Shown here in pieces: positions 7,099-15,439 of a stretch of DNA of 17,406 bases. How positions within the stretch are numbered: position 1 is the first letter of the stretch; every line of letters starts with the position of its first letter. Source of the stretch: an uncultured archaeon (GTDB lineage Archaea; Asgardarchaeota; Lokiarchaeia; Sigyniarchaeales; SOKP01). The translations under genes and the position numbers were made by a program. The notes under the pieces were generated by a model. That model searched no databases, was not told the DNA's origin, and worked only from the letters and a program-made list of their open reading frames with translations. The stretch spans positions 1 to 17,406 of the forward strand of contig CAYLZE010000110.1 of NCBI GenBank assembly GCA_964388035.1. The letters are read 5' to 3'.

Positions 7099-9309
7099 TT
7101 AATATGAAACTTGAGCCTCAGAGGGCTTGTAATCTCCGCTACCTTTAATTCTATAAGTGAATTCACGCTTTTCTGCTTCATCTAACTTATCGATGTGCCA
7201 TTTAAGCGTATCTTTCTCAATCTCGTCCGTTTTTTCAGGTTCAACATTGAAATTGGAATATTCGAAATTGTCGGGAACCACATCAAATAAAGTTATGTCA
7301 ATCAGCTCGTTGGTCCCGATATTTTCAGCGGTAATAGCAATTTCATACTCACCCAGGGATCCAACAGGCATGATTTCCTTTCCAACTCTGATTTTCTTTC
7401 TGAGGTGAACGCTTTCGATGACGGGAACTTCTGGTTTGAATTCTAATTCTTCGGAAATAGGATATGTATTAGCCAAGTAAGTTATTTCCGATTCAAAGCG
7501 AGAATCTCTTGGAGGTTTCATGCAATGGATGGGATATCTGACTTCCAATACGGATTCTGGTTTAAATGCTCCAACAGAACTGTCCTTGAGATTTTTCAAT
7601 GCAATGGTAAGTGCGTTCTTTTCAAGGGTAACTGCTTCAGGGGTTAATTCCACCTCCTCATTATCCAATAAGAATTTGATCTCATCAGACGTGGGAGCAT
7701 TGAAACTTTCATCAAAATATTGATGTACAACAGAGACTTCATTTAATGGAGCAGAACCGTTATTTTCGATTTTAAGGGATGCATACACGTCCTTTTCCTT
7801 GAAGGTGGGTACCTTGATAAGCATGCCTGATTCTTCCATGGCTTCTCCTTCTTTCTCCTTTGGAATTTTACCCCCTCTTTCAGGAATAGTTTCATAAAGA
7901 CTGTATATGACATCACCAGTAATGCTGGCTATGGATAATTCAACGTCTTCAATAGCAATAGCGGCATTTACGATGGTTTGAAAATCGGGTACTACTCGAA
8001 ATTCTAATAATTTATGAAATGTGGGATAATCATCGGAAACGGTCTCCCATTTAACAGAATGCCATTGAGCTCCTGCAGGAAGCATGGGAACATCGTTGGG
8101 ATCAATATCCACCAATTTCTTTGATTTGTCTTCTGTATCATACACATCAGCGTTGAATAATTCTAAGATGAATTCGGAAGTGTTATCAAAAACTAATTTA
8201 CAATCCCAAACACCCGGTTCTTCATCTCTTTCCACGATATCCACGTAAAATCGATTTCTAGTGTAAGCATCAAATTTATCAATTGCTAATCCCCCTGAAA
8301 AGGAAGAACTTCCTTTGTAGGTCACGTCTATGGTTCCCGTTCTTCTTGTTTCGATAGAGCTAACCATGATCTCGCAAGTGAATTTCAATAATGCAGTTGT
8401 TTCGGGTTCCAATATATCAATGTTCCAGACTAATTGATCTCCCTCCACATCGGCACTACCAATCGTAGTATCCACAATACGAGGACTTTTAAAATCGCTG
8501 GGAATATTTTTAACAACCTTAACCTCAGAGATGGGTTTTTCAAAAAGACTACGCAATGCAATGGCAAACGTGACTTCTTGTTCCTTATCGATGGAGATTC
8601 CAAAAGATTCTAACCCAGACTCTGCGGCAGCACCTCCATCATAATCCTCATCTTCTTCTTCATCTTTCTTCTCCTCTATAGTAGAGGCCTTGCCCGTCTT
8701 GTCCTTTAATGTTAGGAGGCTTTTCTCAATATCTCGAATGTTTAAGATATCATCCGCATTAGGTAAAGTGTTAATATATTCCTTTATTAGAAGGAGGTTA
8801 GTCGCTTCGCCCTTAATTTGAAAATCACGCGAATCAACATTCTCATCCTCAGAAACACCCAATTCTTGAATAGAAATTTGTTCTGACTTTAAATTCGTTT
8901 TCTCAATGTTCTTCAAGGTTAAGTCAATGTCCCATAACCTGTCAACCTTGCTTGGATTTTCTACATTCAATTTCCCTTTAAATCCAATAGATTTCATATC
9001 AGCGTCGTGGTCTTGTTCCACTTTCACTTCTTCGATGATTTTAACTAATGCTAATAGGCCTTCCCGGTTTCCATCCTTTAATAGAATGCTTCCTTCTAAT
9101 TGCCCCGTATCTTCATCATATGTCTCAATATAAGGGGTGCTGGTATCTCTGTCCACGAGCTCAACGCGCCCTACATCCAGATCTTTTCGCTTCAATCCCT
9201 CTGCCTCTAAAGCTTCACTAGTCTCTGTCTCATCCCAGTGTCCTTTCTTTTCTTCCTTCTTCTTAGATTTTTTCTCTTCTTTATTATCTTCTTTCTTTCT
9301 TCCAAACAT
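7099..9309 (-). CDS. Acidic all-beta multi-domain protein: mu-homology-domain-like N-terminal half plus Ig-like (DUF11/BatD-like) domains
   Basis: 736-aa ORF with GGTG upstream. MHD-like motifs at aa 86-350 (see findings). C-terminal YEIAITAENIG...ITLFDVVPDNF...LKWHIDKL...EFTYRI is a DUF11-type Ig sandwich. No signal peptide or TM segment. The ORF itself is secure; the confidence refers to the product. Confidence 0.65.
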   Translation of the reverse strand: MFGRKKEDNKEEKKSKKKEEKKGHWDETETSEALEAEGLKRKDLDVGRVELVDRDTSTPYIETYDEDTGQLEGSILLKDGNREGLLALVKIIEEVKVEQDHDADMKSIGFKGKLNVENPSKVDRLWDIDLTLKNIEKTNLKSEQISIQELGVSEDENVDSRDFQIKGEATNLLLIKEYINTLPNADDILNIRDIEKSLLTLKDKTGKASTIEEKKDEEEDEDYDGGAAAESGLESFGISIDKEQEVTFAIALRSLFEKPISEVKVVKNIPSDFKSPRIVDTTIGSADVEGDQLVWNIDILEPETTALLKFTCEIMVSSIETRRTGTIDVTYKGSSSFSGGLAIDKFDAYTRNRFYVDIVERDEEPGVWDCKLVFDNTSEFILELFNADVYDTEDKSKKLVDIDPNDVPMLPAGAQWHSVKWETVSDDYPTFHKLLEFRVVPDFQTIVNAAIAIEDVELSIASITGDVIYSLYETIPERGGKIPKEKEGEAMEESGMLIKVPTFKEKDVYASLKIENNGSAPLNEVSVVHQYFDESFNAPTSDEIKFLLDNEEVELTPEAVTLEKNALTIALKNLKDSSVGAFKPESVLEVRYPIHCMKPPRDSRFESEITYLANTYPISEELEFKPEVPVIESVHLRKKIRVGKEIMPVGSLGEYEIAITAENIGTNELIDITLFDVVPDNFEYSNFNVEPEKTDEIEKDTLKWHIDKLDEAEKREFTYRIKGSGDYKPSEAQVSY

Positions 9310-9514
9310 GTAATTGCACCAATTTAAGAAAAGTTATGCTTTAAGATATAAATCATAAAATATTATTTATGGTAAATATGGATTAATATTATTTATAGTA
9401 AGCACCATTAAAAACTTTATTTTAAGGATCTATTGAATTAATGAAAAGAGTAGTTAATATATCTTACTCACATTTCTGTAAAAATTCATATCAGAATAAA
9501 GGGGAAAATTAGGG

Positions 9515-9718
9515 TTAAATAATTCTCTTTTTAAAATCATCCTCATTTGTGCGAGGGTTATTAAATTCGAGAAATTCATGTCCACACATGGGGCATGCTT
9601 TAACTTTCTTTCCCGTTTTAGGATTAACTTTTGGAAAACTATACCCGCAAGCAGGACAAGTAATGAGTAATGGATTTCCAATTCCTTTAATTTCGACTTT
9701 TTTATCATTTTTTTTCAT
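9515..9718 (-). CDS. Small C4 zinc-ribbon protein
   Basis: CPACG...CPMCG. GGAGGT SD upstream, 27 bp after the glycerate kinase stop, so likely co-transcribed. Confidence 0.85.
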   Translation of the reverse strand: MKKNDKKVEIKGIGNPLLITCPACGYSFPKVNPKTGKKVKACPMCGHEFLEFNNPRTNEDDFKKRII

Positions 9719-9745
9719 GAAAATACCTCCATAAATATAAAGAAT

Positions 9746-11167
9746 TCATAAAAGAAAACATAGTAAGATATCATTAACATTACATCCAGTGCGACCACTG
9801 ACGAATTCTCCCCCCACCATCTTAAAATAGGTGTTTGAGTCATTATTGTTTAAAAAATCTTTAACGTTTAGAGCGAGAAATTGCGTTTTTCCAATAATGT
9901 AATTATCAACAAGTGCCCCCATAGCTTCACTATTTCCTTCAATACCATCGAGGTTCTCACCCATAATTAAAAAATTGCGTTTTATTTCTTGATGCAATGC
10001 TTCTTGGATAAAGGATAAGAGCATTTCCTGATTTCTACCCCCCTTTCCCTTTCCCTTTATGGTAACAGTTAATTCTCCAGTACCTATTAGGGCAATTTTT
10101 TTCTTCGCACCCTTATCACTTTTTATAAGATGATATTCTTGTTCCAGTTTTTCCCATAATTTTTTTCCATACTGGCTTGCTTCTCCGGATATATTCTTAG
10201 AAAAATAGTCGGTAGCAAATCCCCTGGATGTTAAAAATGGAATTAGTGCTTCTACTCCATCATTTATGCTTCCAATTAAAAAGTTATGGACTCTTAAAAA
10301 GCAAGAATCATTAAGCTTTGGATTTTCTTCTCTTTTTCCTTCAGCACCCTCCAAGATTATATTTCTTGCAGAAGAAGGAATAGAATTCAATATATCATAC
10401 TTTTCCAAAATCTGCAATGCATCCTTAAAAGTACTGCTATCCGGCACGGTGGGCCCCGAAGCTATAGAATCTAACGGATCGCCAATAACATCTGAAATGA
10501 TAAGGGTTATTAACGTGGCTCTGCTGGATTCATGTATTTTTTTAGCCAGATTACCACCCTTGAATGCGGAAAGATGCTTTCGTATGGTATTTATCTCTTG
10601 AATATTTGCTCCACAAGCTAAAAGCAAGGAATTAACTTCTTGTAGATCATTTAAGGTCAAACCTTCTTTTGGAAGAGGCAATAAAGCCGAGCCTCCTCCC
10701 GTGATGAGGCAAAGGATCAAATCTTCCTCCTTACTCCTTTCGACTAAGTTTAACATGGTTTTCACCCCTTCCACACCGCTCGTGTTTGGAATGGGATGAG
10801 ATGCGTGATTCATTTTTATTTTTCTACTCAAACCAGTAGAATCGGCCTCCAATCCTTCGGGGATATTTACTATGCCTTCATAATTCAAGAAAGAACAAGA
10901 GATTAATAGCTTTTCTAATGAAATAGCCATTTCTGCAGCTGCTTTACCTCCTCCAATGAGAATTATTTTATCATATTTCTCTAAAGGAAATCGTGCTTCC
11001 TTGATATGTAACACGTTTTCCACGATTTTAACGGCGTTTGCCAGTAAGTTAGAAGGCTTTACAGCATTTATTAAGATTTCCAAGGATTCCAAGGCGGTTT
11101 CACGCAGTAGACGCGCTTCTTCTTTCAAATCGGTGGGAAGCAATTGGTTTCTATTTTTCACGATCAT
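9746..11167 (-). CDS. Glycerate 2-kinase (class II, DUF4147 + MOFRL)
   Basis: GGGKAA, ASHPIP, LITGGGSALL, EINTIRKHLSAFKGG, ISDVIGDPLDSIASGPT, GELTV, GKGGRNQE, DGIEG, TGCNVND. Confidence 0.95.
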   Translation of the reverse strand: MIVKNRNQLLPTDLKEEARLLRETALESLEILINAVKPSNLLANAVKIVENVLHIKEARFPLEKYDKIILIGGGKAAAEMAISLEKLLISCSFLNYEGIVNIPEGLEADSTGLSRKIKMNHASHPIPNTSGVEGVKTMLNLVERSKEEDLILCLITGGGSALLPLPKEGLTLNDLQEVNSLLLACGANIQEINTIRKHLSAFKGGNLAKKIHESSRATLITLIISDVIGDPLDSIASGPTVPDSSTFKDALQILEKYDILNSIPSSARNIILEGAEGKREENPKLNDSCFLRVHNFLIGSINDGVEALIPFLTSRGFATDYFSKNISGEASQYGKKLWEKLEQEYHLIKSDKGAKKKIALIGTGELTVTIKGKGKGGRNQEMLLSFIQEALHQEIKRNFLIMGENLDGIEGNSEAMGALVDNYIIGKTQFLALNVKDFLNNNDSNTYFKMVGGEFVSGRTGCNVNDILLCFLL

Positions 11168-11251
11168 CTTTCAGCGATCCATTCATTATAATTTTTTAAA
11201 TCATTAGAGTGAATGTTTAAACTACATAAAAAAGATTTCGAAATTGCTCAC

Positions 11252-11307
11252 CATGTATTATTTTTTTAATCATGCATTATTACTTTAATCATTAATTAGA
11301 ATACATG
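11252..11307. repeat. Imperfect 19-bp tandem repeat plus inverted half-site in the divergent glycerate kinase/lpdA promoter region
   Basis: catgtattatttttttaat (11252-11270) and catgcattattactttaat (11271-11289) are 16/19 identical. aatacatg (11300-11307) is the inverse of catgtatt. Confidence 0.4.
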
Positions 11308-11341
11308 TTCAATTTGAATTAAAATAAAAGAAGAGAGTATC

Positions 11342-12823
11342 ATGAGTGAAAAAGTTTATGATATTTGCGTGATCGGAGCAGGACCAGGCGGATATCACGC
11401 GGCAATAAGAGCAGCTCAATACGGTGCTAAAGTGGCGTTAATAGAGAAAGCAAAACTTGGTGGAACGTGTTTGAATTGGGGATGCATACCCACCAAGGCG
11501 CTATACGCTTCAGCAGGAATGATTCAAAAAATTCGAGAGCATGGAAAGGATTTTGGGATTGATTGTCAATTAACCTTGAATTTTGAAAAAGCAGTAGAAA
11601 GGAAAAACCAAGTGGTTACAGAATTAGTAGATGGAATTGGGGGCTTAGAAAAAGCATGGAAAAATGATGTATACATTGGTCATGGAAAAATTACAGGAGG
11701 AAATGCTATTGATGGATTTATTATCTCGATTGAAGGGGAGAATAATGCTACTATTAAAGCAAAACGCGTGATTTTAGCCACGGGATCCTCTCCAGCATTG
11801 ATTCCAGCATTTAATATTGACCATAAACGGATTTTAACCAGTGATGATATTCTGGATCCCGAATTTAAAAGCGTTCCTAAAAAACTCTTGATCATTGGTG
11901 CGGGAGTAATCGGATGCGAGTTTGCCAACATTTTTAATACATTCGGAAGTAAAGTGGTAATGTTGGAATATTTATCTTCCCCCATAGCTACGGAAGAACC
12001 CATGGTAGTACGTGAATTAAAAAAGAAAATGGAAGACATGGGGATTGAAATTAATGTATCACTAAACGTGTTATCCGTTGAAAACACGGGGTCGGGAGTA
12101 AAAGCTACCACGTGTTCGGCAAGCGTACCAAGAGATCAAGTTGGGTCTGCTGAAAAAACCATATTTGAGGCGGATTATTGCTTGGTGTCGATTGGCCGAG
12201 CCAAAGAGTCTGCTAACTTGGGATTAGAACAACTCGGCATTCAAATGGATAGAGGTGCAATAAAAGTAGATCCCGCCACTTTAGAAACCGCTGCTAAAGG
12301 TATCTATGCGATTGGAGATGTTACTGGAGGCATCATGCTTGCACATGTGGCCAGTTATGAAGGAGATGTGGCGGTGGCAAATTCTTTACACAGTATTGGA
12401 GGATTTCCCGTCGAACCCTGCAAAACGAACTATTCTGTTGTTCCAGCCACGATTTTTACCAGCCCAAATATTGGCTCCGTAGGTCTGCGACGCGATCAAG
12501 CTAAACAACATGGAATTGACGTTGATATGGGACGTTTTGCCTTCGCTTCCCTGGGAAAAGCTAAATGCATGGGTGAAGAGGAAGGGTTCATCATGATTTT
12601 AACGGAAAAGGGAAACGGAAAGATCGTGGGAGCTTCGTGCATCGGTGCGGAAGCCCCAGAATTAATAGCAGAAATTGCACTAGCCATGAAATATGGGCTC
12701 ACGGCTCACGATGTAGGCTCTACCATTCATTCACATCCTACTATCTCGGAAATGGTCATGGAGGGGTGCGAGGACACATTTGGTATGGCAATCCATAAAA
12801 AAGGACGCCCAGTTTTCCATTAG
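11342..12823 (+). CDS. lpdA: Dihydrolipoamide dehydrogenase (E3 / GCS L-protein)
   Basis: GAGPGG FAD motif, GGTCLNWGCIPTK redox disulfide, ATGS, IGAGVIGCEFA NAD motif, YAIGD, HSHPTISE catalytic His-Glu. Confidence 0.97.
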   Translation: MSEKVYDICVIGAGPGGYHAAIRAAQYGAKVALIEKAKLGGTCLNWGCIPTKALYASAGMIQKIREHGKDFGIDCQLTLNFEKAVERKNQVVTELVDGIGGLEKAWKNDVYIGHGKITGGNAIDGFIISIEGENNATIKAKRVILATGSSPALIPAFNIDHKRILTSDDILDPEFKSVPKKLLIIGAGVIGCEFANIFNTFGSKVVMLEYLSSPIATEEPMVVRELKKKMEDMGIEINVSLNVLSVENTGSGVKATTCSASVPRDQVGSAEKTIFEADYCLVSIGRAKESANLGLEQLGIQMDRGAIKVDPATLETAAKGIYAIGDVTGGIMLAHVASYEGDVAVANSLHSIGGFPVEPCKTNYSVVPATIFTSPNIGSVGLRRDQAKQHGIDVDMGRFAFASLGKAKCMGEEEGFIMILTEKGNGKIVGASCIGAEAPELIAEIALAMKYGLTAHDVGSTIHSHPTISEMVMEGCEDTFGMAIHKKGRPVFH

Positions 12824-12910
12824 GTTCACGCTAATTAATTATCAAAATTTTTCTTTTTATTATCTTATTAAAATCCGTTAGCTATCTATTTTGTATGTTC
12901 TTTAAAAAAG

Positions 12911-13049
12911 TTGATTTCACTTGTTTTATAAAAGCCAGAATCAATTTCTTACAAAAGGTTGATTTAAGCAGCGTGAACCCGTAAAATCTCAGCAAGGTAA
13001 AGCGGGCTTATAAATCTTGATTATAAAGTCTGAAATGAGTGGAAATTAA
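12911..13049 (+). ncRNA. Candidate structured RNA / cis-regulatory element (family unknown)
   Basis: 18-bp closing stem 12911-12928 : 13031-13049 with 4 G-U pairs and a single bulge, enclosing further hairpins (see findings). Confidence 0.35.
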
Positions 13050-13117
13050 GAAAATCGTATTCTTTATAAAGGGTAATAAATTACAATGAATTTGTCAATT
13101 TAATTGTTAAAATTTTC

Positions 13118-13145
13118 CATAAAAAATTTTATAAAAATTTTTATG
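13118..13145. promoter_or_regulatory. 28-bp near-perfect palindrome abutting the SD of the MFS gene (candidate operator)
   Basis: cataaaaaattttataaaaatttttatg, 26/28 self-complementary, directly followed by GAGGT and ATG 13158. Low complexity limits confidence. Confidence 0.3.
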
Positions 13146-13157
13146 AGGTAACTTGAA

Positions 13158-14552
13158 ATGAATGAATTAAAAGAAGCACCAATTATTTACCATTCAAAAT
13201 GGCAAATGGCTTCCATGAACATGGCAAGTTTAGCAATAGAATTAATTCAAGGGGTGCTAAGCGTGTTCATTTTCTTTTTTTATGAGACCGAACTTGGATT
13301 AAACTCACTTTTAGCGGGATTAGGTATAGGTATTTATGCAGTCTACGATGCTTTTAATGATCCTGTCGTGGGATTTTTAACTGACCGCCCATTCAGGTGG
13401 ACTAAGAAATGGGGACGACGTTTTCCTTTTATAGTAATGTTTTACATTCCCATGATTATTACTTTTTTACTGGTATTCTCTCCGCCAGCATTTCTCATTG
13501 GATCTCAAGCGGGAATGTTCGGATGGTTAATATTTGCTACATGTCTTTTTGATACCGTGGAATCCTTTTTTACAGTTAACTTTTGGGCTTTGGGCCCCGA
13601 TAAATTTAGAGATCAGAAAGAACGAAGATTAGTCGCGACATTTGAGGTATACTTAGGATTCATAGGGGTTATTTTATCTTTTGTAGTACCTCCCTTAATC
13701 ATAAGTTATGGAAGTATCTCGTCTTACACTCTCATGGCTGCAGTTTGTGTTGGAATTAGCGCCGCTTGTTTGATCTTCATGGTTCCGGGAATCAGAGATG
13801 ATAAACCCACTGTACAGCATTACCTTGATCATTATAAACCTGAAGAAAAAGAATCTTTTCTCAAGTCATTGAGAAGTGTTTTATCACAAAAGAATTATTT
13901 GGCATTCTTGGCTTTATATATTCTCTATCAAGCAATGATCCAATTAATGCAAGCTTCCACGCTCTATGAAACTCGCTTTATTCTCCAGACGGAGGCAGAT
14001 ATAGTTACTGTCATCATTCTGATGTTATTTGTTGGTGGATTAATTTCGCTTCCTTTTTGGATTTATTTTACAAATAAAACGGGAAATAACCGTAGAACAT
14101 GCATTCTTGCAGCTTTACTAATGGGAGTTTTTGCGGCGCCTTTAACTTTTATGGGAAATCTACCAGGTGTCTTAGTTTTTATCTTCTTGTATGGGATTGC
14201 TTTTGGAGGATATTGGCCATTAATCACCCCAGTTTATGGGGACATTATAGATGAGAGCGTTGTTATTTCGGGCCTGAGAAGAGAAGCAACTTATGGGGGT
14301 ATTCGGCAATTTTTTCTGAATTTAGGGAGAGTTATTCAAGCCTTCACCCTTGCCACAGTTCATGAATTAACCGGCTTTGTGGAAGGATCGGATGTTCAAA
14401 GCCCCTTGGCATTATTCGGAATTAAGTTACACTTCGGTCTAATTCCAGCAATATTGATTCTTATCGGAGTACTTGTTTTTTGGAAGTTTTACGACATTAC
14501 TCCAGAGAAGAGTCGGGAATTAAAGGCAAAATTGGCTGAAATGAAACTTTAG
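13158..14552 (+). CDS. MFS transporter, glycoside-pentoside-hexuronide (MelB/MFS_2) family
   Basis: About 12 TM segments. DAFNDPVVGFLTDR, TKKWGRRFPF, DIIDE...GLRREATYGG, FYDITPEK. Confidence 0.93.
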   Translation: MNELKEAPIIYHSKWQMASMNMASLAIELIQGVLSVFIFFFYETELGLNSLLAGLGIGIYAVYDAFNDPVVGFLTDRPFRWTKKWGRRFPFIVMFYIPMIITFLLVFSPPAFLIGSQAGMFGWLIFATCLFDTVESFFTVNFWALGPDKFRDQKERRLVATFEVYLGFIGVILSFVVPPLIISYGSISSYTLMAAVCVGISAACLIFMVPGIRDDKPTVQHYLDHYKPEEKESFLKSLRSVLSQKNYLAFLALYILYQAMIQLMQASTLYETRFILQTEADIVTVIILMLFVGGLISLPFWIYFTNKTGNNRRTCILAALLMGVFAAPLTFMGNLPGVLVFIFLYGIAFGGYWPLITPVYGDIIDESVVISGLRREATYGGIRQFFLNLGRVIQAFTLATVHELTGFVEGSDVQSPLALFGIKLHFGLIPAILILIGVLVFWKFYDITPEKSRELKAKLAEMKL

Positions 14553-14748
14553 AGAGAAAATTTTTAATTAATATTCTTTACTTTATTTTTTTTATTCTAA
14601 AATTTCTTCCTAGTATTCATTTAAAGCTATACATAAATTTTTTTTAGAATTTCTTCATAATACTCTTAAAGCATTTATTAAACTTTTTTTAAAATATAGC
14701 TATCATTCTAAAGTTTTATTAGATTAAACAAAATGAAGGTTTAAAACC

Positions 14749-15439
14749 ATATCAGATTTAAAAACGGAGTTTTCTTCTTGGAAAAGTCTTTTTATTATCG
14801 CAAGTATCTCTACCTTGATTGTTGCTATTTTGATAATACTGGATGTTATCTTCTTTATTGTATGGCCAAGACCTAGTACAGCGGTTGAGTATTTTAATCT
14901 CTTGCAAGCAAATCCTTTTATAGGTCTCGTAAACCTCGATTTATTTTACTTTATTGACCAAATTCTAATGGTCCCGGCCATGCTTGGTTTCTATAATTTA
15001 CTTAAACATAGGAATAAATCAATCGTGACTCTATTCACGGTAATAGGATTGATTGGGATAATTGCGATTTTTGCAGCTAATCCTGCGATTGGCATGCTTT
15101 ATCTTAGCAAGCAATATCTGACGGCAACCACCGATATACAAAAAACCGTCTATTTAACGGCAGGTGAAACGTTGCTTGCAATTTATGTTGGCACTAGCTA
15201 CCATGTTCATATCATTTTAGGTTCGATTGCATTGATCGTTATATCCATTGTCATGCTAAAAGATGACACTTTCAGTAAAGCTACTGCCTATAGGGATATT
15301 GGGAAATGTATTGACCTTAGGTCTGTATATACCTGTGATAGGACCCTTTCTCTTATTGTTTTCCCTGGTTTTTTTCGAAGCATGGGTCATCCTGCTTGCC
15401 CGCAAGTATTATCAGCTAGGAAGAAGTACTTCAAATTAA
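14749..15439 (+). pseudogene. DUF4386-like membrane protein, disrupted (start codon ATA and frameshift at about 15292)
   Basis: The frame is open upstream of the predicted 14815 start back to ATA at 14749, with GAAGGT 8 nt before it: (I)SDLKTEFSSWKSLFIIASISTL. After FSKATAY the hydrophobic continuation GILGNVLTLGLYIPVIGPFLLLFSLVFFEAWVILLARKYYQLGRSTSN* lies in another frame (15293-15439). Confidence 0.75.

Noticed and set aside
5424-11207. Short + strand ORFs (5424, 5961, 7157, 7520, 8906, 9549, 10266, 10956) and the alternative-frame ORF 9454-9708 on -
   Set aside because: Antisense or alternate-frame shadows of well-supported genes, with S/F/I-rich non-protein-like composition. The same applies to 3109-3291.
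11680-12702. Minus-strand ORFs inside lpdA
   Set aside because: Antisense shadows.
12970-13010. Superficial resemblance to SRP RNA helix 8 (GUGAACC...) and to the glycine riboswitch (AAUCUCAG)
   Set aside because: Lacks the SRP CAGG/GNRA/AGCAG core and the glycine riboswitch GGAGA/GAAGG elements; kept only as an unassigned structure.
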